From assembly GCA_043228905.1 (NCBI GenBank), contig JBHGNT010000020.1:1860001-1924000 (forward strand): a stretch of DNA of 64,000 nucleotides. Direction: 5' to 3'. A program made the translations under genes and the position numbers. Origin of the DNA: Azolla caroliniana. Lineage: Eukaryota > Plantae > Polypodiophyta. Positions 1 to 11,105 of this stretch are shown here, piece by piece (the stretch's first letter is position 1; each line of letters starts with the position of its first letter). The notes under the pieces are model-generated. The model saw only the letters and a program-made list of their open reading frames with translations, had not been told where the DNA came from and ran no database searches.

Positions 1-61
1 ACGGGCGTTACCATCCGATGAAGACCTCCGGTTTCGGCAAGCAATACAGTGCACAACCTGC

Positions 62-909
62 TTGAATGCCGGACACTCGGCTCTAGAATGCACTATGAGG
101 ACGCGATGTGTAATCTGTCAATCCAAGAGCCATATGACGGATAGGTGTGAGTATAATCTGTTGAACCGGCAAGCACCGCTCGTCCGACAAATTGAGCCAT
201 GCAGCAGCCGGGATGAAGAAGACGAACGCTGGCGGCGAATGGACCGCGACCGACCGGCACAGGATGTCCGGTATGGCGATAGACGGGAGAATGATGTCTG
301 GTACGGTGATCGGCGGGATAACTATGACCGGCATGATCGATACCGGGATTACAATAGACGATACGAACATTACGATTGGGAGCACTCCCCCAGGTATCGT
401 CAGCAATGGGAGGAATACGGCAGATATAACGGGCAACACCGTCAAGAGTATCGCAATAAGAAGAGCTATAACAAAAAACGGCATTTTAAAAAAGGCGGCT
501 ACCCCCGGGATTCGGAACAAGAAGCTCCAAGCAGCGAACCGGTCCAAAACCCCGCGCGTACCGCAGGACCTGCCCCGGGTACAACAGACAATGCCGAATC
601 TAGCAATACCCGGAAAGCCTACTGCTACTACTGCCGACAGGAAGGCCATACAGTAACCAATGCCCGGTGAAGAGCTATGAAAAACGACCGGCAGTAAATA
701 TGGTAGTCCCTGAGGTGGCAGATCTACAGCAAGTGACCACAAGGTCGAAGGGCATGGCCAAGGAATGGGAGACGCAGGAGACCATCCGGAAACAAGCAAC
801 GGAATGGGTAAAGAAAGCAAATGAACAGAATGTCACAGACTTACAATGGCAAAAGGAGAACACCGCAGGGCTTGCCAGCGGTAGTCACTCCGAGAACGAG
901 ACATGGTAG
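62..909 (+). pseudogene. gag: gag C-terminal part of A1 (two CCHC zinc knuckles, frameshifted)
   Basis: CVICQSKSHMTDRC and CYYCRQEGH..C knuckles, frameshift near 650, stop at 907-909. Confidence 0.8.
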
Positions 910-912
910 GCG

Positions 913-3900
913 TTGCAAGAATGCCAGATTATGTTGCCACTAGGAAGACTCCTACAACTCGTGCCAAGATTCACGGAAGGACTGAAGACGGCCATGACGG
1001 CAGGAGAACCATCACCGACACCGATACTCTTCTCGAATCCAGAGGAGGGACCAACGGTGGTGGACACCAGCAGTCCGGTAATCACTTCCATTGTAAAAGG
1101 GAAAGAACTCCCCAACACAGTTATAGACGGAGGCTTTGGGGTGAATGTAATAAGCCTCCGGACGTGTGATGCCCTAGAAATCCACGAGTGGGAGCCGTGT
1201 CCGTTCTAGTTGCAGATGGCCGATACAAGCTCAGTGCGGCCGACAGGATTAATACGGAAATTAGAAGTCACCGTCGGCGGTCATACATTTCACATCTCGG
1301 CCGTAGTGCTACAATTACAGGCACAAGGCGCATACCCGCTATTGCTGGGGCGGCCATGGTTGAAAACGGCACATATCAAACAGAATTGGAGGAAAAATAT
1401 AATTACCTTCCGGTGAGGAAAAGCCAAGGTACGGGTACCAACACAGCCAAGGACGAGCACTGGCAAGGAATGTACACCGTTGTATGCGGAATGCGTCAAC
1501 ATGCTAGAAGGGTTAGCTGACGAAGAAGAAGCTCAGTACCTGCAGGAAAACCCGAAGATCATACCCCTCTTCGAAATTGACATTGCCGAACTAGTAGCAC
1601 CATACTTACCGCAACCGGAAGAGGCTGAAGCAGAACCAGATAAAGACGCAATCCGGGAGTTACGGCAAGCGCAGGAAGCGTTGGAACGGGAAATGGCCGT
1701 TTCACAGTGCGTAAAAGCGTCGCAACTGGAAGAGGTGAACCAAGGGACCACGGACGAAGCAAAACCTGTGCACATCGCCAAGGAGATGAAGTCCGAAGAC
1801 AAAACGGTGATGATCACACTTCTCACAGAATTTCGCGATGTGTTCGCCTGGTCATACGAAGACATGCGAGGACTCGACCCTCAGTTATACCAGCATCAGG
1901 TTCACTTGAGCAAGGACGCAAAACCAGTGGCACAAAAAAGGTACCGAATGAATCCCAATTATGCCGCCAAAGTCAAGGAGGAAATCGACAAACTGCTAAG
2001 AGTTGGCTTTATCCGTCCGGTAAAGAAAGCGACATGGCTGAGCCCGATCATAGTCGTACCGAAGAAGAACGGAAAAATTCGAGTTTGTGTGGACTACCGG
2101 AAACTCAATGCGGCTACGGTAACGGATGCGTTTCCACTTCCGTTCACAGATGGAGTGTTGGATGTCGTCGCCGGCCATGAGGTCTATAGCTTCCTAGACG
2201 GATTCAGCGGGTATAATCAAATCCGGATGCACCCCGATGACCAAGAGAAAACGGCTTTCGTCACCGAATGGGGGGTGTTTGTGGCCGTGGTGATGATGTT
2301 TGGACTCAAAATGGCATCGGCAACATTTCAACGAATCATCATGGAAATCTTTGGTGAATATATTCCGGCTTTTATGCAGGTTTTCCTTGACGATTTCGCC
2401 GTCTATAGCCGGGAGGAGGACCATTTTCAGCACCTTCGCCTTTGTCTTGAAAAGTGTAGAGCGTACCGGCTAAGCTTGAATCCGGCAAAGTGTGTATTTG
2501 GCGTATCCAGTGGAACTCTATTAGGACATATTGTGAGCCAGGAAGGTATTGCAGTTGACCCGGACAAAGTGAAAGCCATATTAGAAGCACCGGCGCCGGC
2601 AACGGCAAAGGCATTAAGCCGGTTCTTAGGCCAGATCCGATGGCACAACCGGATGCTCTGATACTTGGCCGACCTGGCTACACCGTTGAATGCCGCCGTA
2701 CATCGGACACCATTCTAGTGGACCAACACCGAGGATAGGGCGTATAGGGCCCTCAAGGTACTATTGTCGCAGGCACCAGTAGTGCAACCTCCGGATTGGA
2801 GTAAAGAATTTCACGTGTTCGTGGACGCCTCCGACATCGCAATCGGAAGCGTACTTATGAAGCTTACGGAGCCAAAATGGTACCGGCCAGTGTACTATGC
2901 CAGCCGAAAGCTATCCCAAGCAGAACGAAACTACTCTACCACGGAACGGGAAGCTCTAGGGATGATCTACAGTGTGACAAAGTTTCGGCATTATTTATTG
3001 GGAAGGAAGTTTTCCTTCCATGTAGATCATTCGACACTCCTTTACCTGGTGTCCAAAGCGTCACTCACCGACAAATTGGCCCGATGGACCTTACTGTTAC
3101 AGGAGTTCGAGTTTGAAATATTCCACTGACCCGGTATACAGCATGCCGTGGCGGATTACTTAAGCCTATTAGAGTCCGGAGAGACGGGTGACGGAGTAGC
3201 GGATGAGTTTCCGGATGCGGAGCTGTTTCGAGTCACTACGGAGACGGAAGCAGATGAGATGGTGGCACAGGAAGACAAATGGCTCACAAATATGCACCAG
3301 TTTCTGAGCACAGGACTGCCTCCGGAAGAGATGAACCGGGACGAACGGAAATGCCTGGCGGTGCAAAGCCGACATTTCTGCTTACTGCAAGACACACTGT
3401 ACCACAAGGGCGCAGATGGCATATGGAGACGGGCGGTGCGCAACAATGAAAAGGAACTGATACTGAGGGAAACCCACTGCAGAGTTGCCGGAGGTCACTA
3501 TGCCGGAGATGCGATGGCCAGGAAAATATGGCAAAGTGGCCTATGGTGGCCAACGACATTAAGAGATGTTGTACGGTACGCAAAAGAATGTGACCTATGC
3601 CAGCGAATGGGCCAGCCAACGGAGCAGGCTCGTATGCCACACTAGCCGGTACTACCACTCGAGCCATTCCAGAAGTGGGGGCTGGACTTTGTGGGACCGT
3701 TCAAGCCACCGGCAATGAGAATGGGTAATCGATACGTCATCGTCGTGACGGATTACTGCACGAAATGGGTGGAGGCCAAAGCATTAAGGGACAACACCGC
3801 GGCGTCAACGGCAAAGTTTCTATATGAGTACATCTGGTGCCATTACGGATGCCCAATTGAATTAATAAGCGACCAAGGGGGGGCACTTTCTCGGCCAAGT

Positions 3901-4669
3901 AGTGGAAAGCCTGACGACATTCTATGCCGTTGTCCACAAACGGAGCACACCTTACTATCCACAGGCGAACGGTTTAGCGGAATCAATGAATAAGACGCTC
4001 CAGAATATCCTCCGGAAGATCGTCAACGAAAACCGAACGGATTGGGACATAAAGCTACATAGCTCGCTTTGGGCATACCGGACGACATACAAAACGAGCA
4101 TCCGAACAACACCGTTCTGGTTAGCGTTCGGACTAGAGGCGGTAATGCCGGTGGAATTCCAAGTACCCAGCTTACGGATCCAGCTACGGGAACGGCTGAA
4201 CGAGAAGGAGTCAGAGGCAATACGGTTGACATCGCTGTGTGAACTCGAGGAACAACGACTGGCCAGCATCCTGCACTTAGAATTGGAGCAACGGCGACGG
4301 AAAGCATTTGTCGACTGGCACAGGAAAGGAAACGAAAAAATGTTCGCAATCGGCAAACCGGTGTTAGTATTTCAGACCCGGATGGGCAAGATGCCGGGTA
4401 AACTATGGTTTAGATGGACCAGACCGTATTGGCTAACACGGGAGTATAATGGGTCCTACTAGTTAGGGACACTGGCCGGCGAAGTGCTAGGCAAATGGGT
4501 CAACGGATTCCGATTGAAGCCATATACAGGACCGATGCCTAAGAACCCATTTGAGCAAAGGACCGACACCAGTGAGGGAAACGACAACCACCAAGACGGC
4601 AGAGACGGCGAGCCGGTAACTGGGGAAAGTGAGGCCGGTAAGGGTCCGAGAGGACCAACGGACAAGTAA
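913..4669 (+). pseudogene. pol: pol of A1: protease, RT, RNase H, integrase (several stops, frameshift near 3885)
   Basis: PR VIDGGFGVNVI and LLLGRPWL; RT 1480-2661; RH FHVFVDASDIAIG and YSTTEREAL; INT HHCC (HC..GGHY...CDLCQ), SDQG, YYPQANGLAE; GPY-like WTRPY...VNGFRLKPY. Confidence 0.93.
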
Positions 4670-4851
4670 CGTCACACTAAATTAAATTATTAAAAATAAA
4701 ATAAAATAAAATAGAAAAGAAAAGAAAAGAAAAGAAAAAAAACAATCATGCAAAAGCGAGGAATGAATGGATGAAAGAGCGAGGAGCGAAAAGGTACGTA
4801 GTGGGCATTTAAAGCGCCACCACAGGACATAATGCTATTTTAGTACACGAC

Positions 4852-7746
4852 ATGCACACACTCGAAAAAGGCGCCAGAATGCACAGACAAAAACCACTGC
4901 GCGTAGAGACCCTTTACTTTCGCGAACCCAGGAGCACAGAAGCACCAAGACGCTGCAAGATCATCAGACGAGAACCTGCGCACAGAGAACCCCCGCCTTC
5001 TGAACTCTCTCTCTCTCAACCTCACTCTCATCACCATCCAACCTCGCCACCGCAATCTGACCTCGACACAGAAATGGACCCGCAAACGCTATCGGAAGCC
5101 GCCAAGACATGGCTAAAGCAACATGGGCTCGAGGGCTTCTTGATGATGATGGAAGTACCGCCACACAAAGAAGCCGACAAAGTGATAAAAGAAATCGACA
5201 CAGAGGTCATAACGGCAGAGGCGATTCGAGCGTTAACAGGCCTTCCGGAGGGAGGCATACTCACGATCGACAATCCAACCCCGGAGCAACTCATTAGGTA
5301 TTTTGGTGAGTACTCTCTAGCCAGCAAGGGCTACCGGACACAGGGCGGCGGAGATATGTTGTTCCGCGAGATTGCTCGTGTGCTCCACGAATACGGCCAC
5401 GTGTACCCTAGACCCCCTGTCATGCCACAGAACCGGGCAGGGATGATCATCGCCACCTATGAAGGGGTCAAGGTGGATTGGCCGGTATTGATCGCAGACG
5501 GGTTGTGTGTGGCGATCAAGATCGTCAGAGGCAAAGACGGCAAAGAAGGCCGAGACGGACGGAGGATATGGCACGCCGTAACGCAGTGGCTCACCTTGCT
5601 TGTGCCACCCGTCCAGTCCGTCCTGCCCAAGAAGCGAGGAAGAGTGGCGGACGACACCCCAAAGACGGCTTCCAAACGACAACAGTTGTTGGCCTCTAAG
5701 GCCAGTAAGGGAAAGGCGGCGGATGCAGAACATGCGGCAGCCGAAAGCGCCCAACAGAGGCGCAGGAGGAACCACCGGCACGGCCCGTAAAGGTTACACT
5801 CCGCGGACCGGTGAATAGAGAAGCGGACCCCTTGGCGGCAAAACTCAATGCCGGGACTCAGGAAGAGGAAATAGAGTAGGAACCTACGGAGCACCTCCAG
5901 CGACGGTCGTCGGCAAGGACCGTTGAGGCAGTCGGGAAATGTTCGGACCCTCAGACGGAGGGAACACCGACTCCCCATACTAAGACTCCAACGCCAAGGA
6001 AGGAATCAGAACCGGAATCAGAAGCCCCGGCACCACCGGCAACACCAGCAAGTCCCATCCCACTAGAGCCGGAAAGGTCAATGCAACCTCCCTCGGCCAG
6101 CCAAGAAGAAGCACAAGGGGAACCAGGACAACAGGGTGGTCCACGGGCATAAACGGAACTGCAACTCGCCGCAACCAGGCGGGACCACCCCTCTACAAGT
6201 GAGCCCATCTGTCAAACCTCCGTGCAAGCACAACAAGGCACCGGTAGCCTGTGGCTCTGGTGGATAGGCGAACATATAGCCGGAGCAGTGGGGTATATTG
6301 AGGCGGAAGAAAGAGCGCAAAGCGAACGGTTGCTTGTCACAACCGAACAACTAGAGACGGCCCAGTCCAGAATCCGATGCCTTGAAAAAGACTTGGATCA
6401 GGTCACGACAGAGATGGCCAAAATGGCCTTAACGGCAACACAGATCCAATCACTGGTGACTCCGGTAAGTGTATAGAATAAAGAAACGGATCGACCTGTA
6501 CATACCAATAAGACCCCGGCAACGGAAACCGTTCCGACGAGAGATGCGGCGCAAGCCCAGGAGCTTGCGGAATTGAGAGATGAACTTGCCGCACAAGAAG
6601 CGCTAAGGAGCCGTGAACGAGAATTGAAGATAGCGGCCGAAGCCGAATTAAAGAAGACTGCTGAGAACCTCCGTCGGGCAGAGGAGAGCCTCCGGAAAGG
6701 CCATCAAGCGTACGACCGGCTAAAGGAGGAGAAAGACAAAGTGCTGCAGGAAAAGGACAAGCTACGGAAAACGGCGGAAACAGAGATTGAACGGCTAAAG
6801 GAAGAGCTCCGCCAGCAGAAGGACCGCGAGGACCGGGCCCGTCGACAGATCAATGCACGACTCAAGCAAAAGACAGATGATTTTGAGCACCTGCACCGGG
6901 ACTACAAACGGCTAGAAACGGAGCATAAGGAATGGATGGCCGAGCTCCAGCAGGAAGTTGATCGGGCCGCGATGGCGATCGCCGACGAACGTGCGGAAAA
7001 TACAAGACACTTGGACGAGGCGGAGAAGGTCCGGATGGAGCTCCAGAGGCAGCAACAGGAAGAAAAAGAGAGAGCGTCAACAATATTGCAGAAATTACAA
7101 AGTACATATCAAAGGCAATTGACGCATTACAAGGCGCAGGCGGAAGACAATGTCAAAATCATCAAGCAACTGAAGGAGGAACGGCAAGCGGTGGAAACCA
7201 AATCACAATTGGGAACGAGCCGGATTCAGTCCATCCTCAGGGCATGGCTGAATCAGACAAAACACTTGATTGATGAAAGCTCCGTAAAATGGTGGACAAA
7301 GTGGGCACAAAACGCGACGGAACTCCAGTTGCTACGGGTAGATGTGGCAAACCGGCGGAAGGAAGGAGATGATTGTTATACGTTGACTTCCGAGGACTTC
7401 ACCGCCATACGGGACGAGCTGGCCGACGACTTCCAAGTCCTGGCGGATGAACAGCTGGCGTAGGTCAGGCAACTCGTAGCTCAGCTAGACGATGATAGGC
7501 TGGACGCTCAAATCCAGTTTGAAAGCTACGAGCGGTCCCGGGTTTGGGAAGAAAAAGCACGGGAAGCGGCAACGGTTAACCTTAGTGATGAGGAACCGTC
7601 GCCGGCTGAGGGCCAGCCCGGAACCAGTCAACCGGAGACCACTACGACGCAGGGAGCAACAATGGAGACGCCGGTGTTAGAGCAACAAACGGAGGAGCAT
7701 CCGCAACAGCCATCAACGGACCCGTCGCAGCAGACATCAACAGAGC

Positions 7747-7781
<35 letters not shown>

Positions 7782-7847
7782 CCAATTCCAGATGAACCAT
7801 TGGAGACTCTCGAACAAAGCATTCTGGATATTTTGGACGAAGAATAG
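4852..7847 (+). pseudogene. extra ORF downstream of pol in A1 (globular N-terminus, Pro/Glu linker, long coiled coil, poly-Q tail), interrupted
   Basis: ORF pieces 4852-5790, 6222-6476, 6573-7463 and 7662-7847 are collinear and homologous with the A2 pieces (WLKQHGLEGFL / WSNQHGLGGFL; WWTKWAQNA / WWSKWAKQA). Confidence 0.8.
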
Positions 7848-7857
7848 CAAGGGTCGG

Positions 7858-7899
7858 TTGTGGATTCGACATACAAGGTACTTTCCCACGGGCGTGCCA
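7858..7899 (-). other. inverted PBS / tRNA-Arg 3'-end copy in place of the PPT (A1)
   Basis: TTGTGGATTCGAC-13nt-TCCCACGGGCGTGCCA ends 2 nt before the LTR TG; minus strand reads TGGCACGCCCGTGGGA. Confidence 0.75.
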
Positions 7900-7901
7900 T
7901 G

Positions 7902-8336
7902 TGTTACCGGCCGGCAAAGGAGTCCAAAGTGGGAAACGAAGGGTTATTTAAGTAGTAGGAATGTGGTTGTAATTAAGCTATGAGTGTGGACGGACGAACT
8001 GGAATCGGTATGCCGTTCCGGATCTGGACTGATCCCGAACAGGTGCGGATGGCACCGTTTTGTAATACAGACCGGAAACCTATTTAAAGGCCCGGATACA
8101 ATGTAATCAATAGCGGTTAATTAATAAAAGCCTAGCGTTGTTATCTCTCTGTGTTAATTGCCGTTCTGTCTTAATTGTTATATCTTACGCGTGTGATTAT
8201 GAAAGACGATCATGCTAAGTAACTTAATTAAGTCGGATTAAGCTTTGAGTCTAATCCGGTTGCCGTAACACCCTTTGGTGAAGTGTCTTCCGTAGACACC
8301 CTGTGTTAGGCCATTGTCCGGCCCTAAGAGTTAACA
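7902..8336 (+). repeat. 3' LTR of A1
   Basis: TGTTA...TAACA termini, TATA-like TATTTAAA, homologous along its length to the A2 LTR. Confidence 0.85.
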
Positions 8337-9156
8337 TGTGCCAAAGTGATCACACTCTAACTAGAGATATATGTAGATGTTAGGTGAGAAAACCATAGTG
8401 CTTCCTTCATTCTACTATCATTATTATCGTGCACTCGTAGAGTCTCAAACTCCTATTCACGTCATCATCTCTAGGTATGTGACACTTAGCATATGTCTTC
8501 CTCTGAATTCAACTTTTATCTCCTAATCAAAGTCATATGTCATGGTGGGATTGAGCAAGATTGTTGTTCACCTGTTTGTTTGAAAAATGGGTGACAATGG
8601 TTGTCAAGTGTTACCCCGTACGAGATGTACGGAGAGTCAAGTGTGATGAGCGAGGGTCGAATGTTATCATAATGTTGTTGTGTATGTGTAGGGGGCATAA
8701 ATGTAATTGTGAGTCGATACGTATGTGAACACATGCACACGTGTGTGCATGTGGATGGATACGAGGAGGTATGAGTGAGTGTCCAGTATGAATGCTCTAG
8801 GGGGCTTACACCCCTTTGTATCTACCCCCTCTTGTACTATTTAACCCCTTATGGGGAATGAATGAAATATGAATGAACATTTCTCTCTATCTCTCTTTTC
8901 ATCTCTCTCTCTCTCTCTCTCTTGTCATCTCTCTTCCTATCTCTCTCCCTCAACGTTGAACCCCCTTGGGAGGGGGGTGGAGCCATTCTAGGCACCACCC
9001 CCCACCCCACAATGCTTCTCAACGATTCTCAACATCTTCATGCCAATCTCTCTTACCATCATACTCTCCATTATCTTCGCTATTACGCCATGTCTATCTT
9101 TGTCATTGATAATCATCATCGTCCTTAACCCTAACCCTAAAACGTACAACACCTTT

Positions 9157-9173
9157 TGGCGACCACAATGGGA
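9157..9173 (+). other. primer-binding site, tRNA-Arg (UCG-type)
   Basis: TGGCGACCACAATGGGA 5 nt after the 5' LTR; complementary to a recalled plant tRNA-Arg 3' end (...TCCCACTGTGGTCGCCA) with 1 mismatch. Confidence 0.75.
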
Positions 9174-11064
9174 TCCCCCTTTGGAGACGGAGTCGAAGAA
9201 TGATACGCGACAATGTGAGGCATAGTGATGATGATATGTAAGAGATGTCCGGATAATGATGGCGATATGCAGCAAAAGGCGGAAGAAATCAGAAATGGAA
9301 GATTGACAAGATTGACTGCTGCACAATTCTACAATGAATTAATCTCTATATGTGAATGTTTTGTGTGGTCTGTTTTTGCCCTAAATGTCCGAGAAATGTT
9401 GGCCAAGATGTACAAAAACAGTGTCAATGCATGAGAGGAAGTTGCAAAACAAGTTGCAAAACGATGGCGTAACATGAGTGTGTGAGAATGGAAATGACAA
9501 TGTGCAAATGTGCGGTTAGCAGCAACGTGCGCGTGTTCCAAGGAGACTGTGGAGGAAGACGCAATGTGTGGAGCGTGGGCCAGCAAGATGTGCGGGACCG
9601 GAATGGGACGTGTTCACAGTTTCCAGTTTCCAGAGAAGCAACGCGGAAAAAGTCGGAACCAGAACAAGAGTTGGTTGGCACCAAAGCGACCGGAGGGTCG
9701 GACAAGGTCAGGGAAGCAGACAGGCCGCCAGGATGACGGACGGTGTCAGACGACGACGAAACCGACAGAGATGGTGATGGAGTCCGCAACGGAGGCAGCC
9801 GGAGCAATCGAGAGCCGAGGAGCGGCCAAAGCGGCCGGAATAGCCGACCAGTGGCCGGAGTGGCCAGATCAACCCGATCGGACAAAGACAGCGCCAGCCA
9901 CCGAATGGAGCGGCGGTCGTATAGTGGTAGCGGCAGAGTGGCAGCCGCTGGATAGCGGCTGGATCGATTTCTGAAATGTGCAACGACACATAACGGTCAG
10001 AGTGGCCGAATGGTGCCAAACCGGAGGCGGCCGACACAGCCAACAAACAACGATGGCAATGGCCGGAGCGGCGACCAGACAAAGTCGGACAGTGGTCGGA
10101 GCGGCCAAAATGGCCAGAATGGCCGGGAGATAGCCAGACCAACCAGAATGGTAGAATAGCTGTCGAAGCGAGGTGATGGATGGACAACCAACGACCGAAA
10201 CGACGAGCCGGATAGCCAGAAAGACACGGCTGAACAGTGACAGAAATGAAGATAGAGACGACCGAATAACGTTGGCGCTGGACAATGGCCGCACAAAGAC
10301 GGATGACGCGACAGAGATGTGCAGCCAACTGAAACAAAGAAAACACAGAAAAGAATGAAGGAGAAGAAATCATGGAGCAGCACAAACAGAGAAGAAGAGA
10401 AAGAAAGATAGGAGAAATGGAAGGAGTCATGGAGAGATGGAGAAGCGAGCACGAGAGACAAAGAAAGAAGAAGAAAGGAGATGATATACAAGAAGATGAA
10501 GAAGAAGAAGTGGAAGAAGATGTAGCCATTGATGAACAGAGAAGGAAGAGAAAGAAGAATTCATGGAAGAAGAGAAAGGCATGGACAGACAGACAAGAGT
10601 GGGAGAGGCAAAAAAGTAAATAAAAAAAAAAGGAATGAAGAAAGAAAGAAAAGAGAGGGGAAAAAAGGAGATAGGGGTATCGAATATAATTATAAAAGCC
10701 TTGAGGGTACATAATTTTATAAAAACATAAGGGTACATATACAGTTTTCAAAACCTAAGGGCATTGTCATTCGTTTAGAAAATTTGAGGCTAAAAATACC
10801 TAAAAACTTATCCACCTAAAGAAATTGACGTGATCGACCACGACAACCCACACAAAAATTAAAGGAAGAACACACATACATACAACATATTTTTGATGAC
10901 CCGAATGATTTTACGAAGTTCGTAAGTCGACAGAACGAGAATGTTCGTGTCGCGGAAGATTTGCTGACCGACAAAGATGTTCGAGTCAAGCACTCCGATC
11001 GAGGGAGTCGATCAATGAAAGGACCGATGGAAGTTTCGGTCGAAGAAATATCATCATCAAGGCA

Positions 11065-11105
11065 TGTGGGATCGACGTGCAAGGCACTTTCCCACGGGCG
11101 TGCCA
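11065..11105 (-). other. inverted PBS / tRNA-Arg 3'-end copy in place of the PPT (B)
   Basis: TGTGGGATCGAC-GTGCAAGGCACTT-TCCCACGGGCGTGCCA, 5 nt before the 3' LTR TG. Confidence 0.75.

Larger units (their letters stand above)
1..8336 (+). mobile_element. Ty3/gypsy LTR retrotransposon A1 (Athila/Tat-clade-like, extra 3' ORF), 5' end outside window, decayed
   Basis: Domain order gag(CCHC)-PR-RT-RH-INT, then an extra ORF and a 3' LTR TGTTA...TAACA (7902-8336) homologous to 37400-37862. RT motifs WLSPIIVVPKKNGKIRVCVDYRKLN, FLDGFSGYNQI and FLDD. No chromodomain or extra RNase H is visible. Confidence 0.93.

Noticed and set aside
7858-7899. Functional tRNA gene or tRNA-derived SINE
   Set aside because: No D-arm, anticodon arm or A-box; the T-loop is interrupted; position is fixed relative to LTRs
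9124-9141. Telomere-like CCCTAA repeats at B LTR ends and TAGGGTTT motifs in the G leader
   Set aside because: Only 2-3 units; common telo-box-like motifs, not an interstitial telomere
9174-9200. Possible second half of the 5' PBS (GGAGTCGAA after an 18-nt spacer)
   Set aside because: Only a short match in a single copy; could be chance
9708-10751. 347-aa minus-strand ORF in element B
   Set aside because: Product of GA-rich low-complexity sequence (Phe/Ser/Leu runs) with no domain motif
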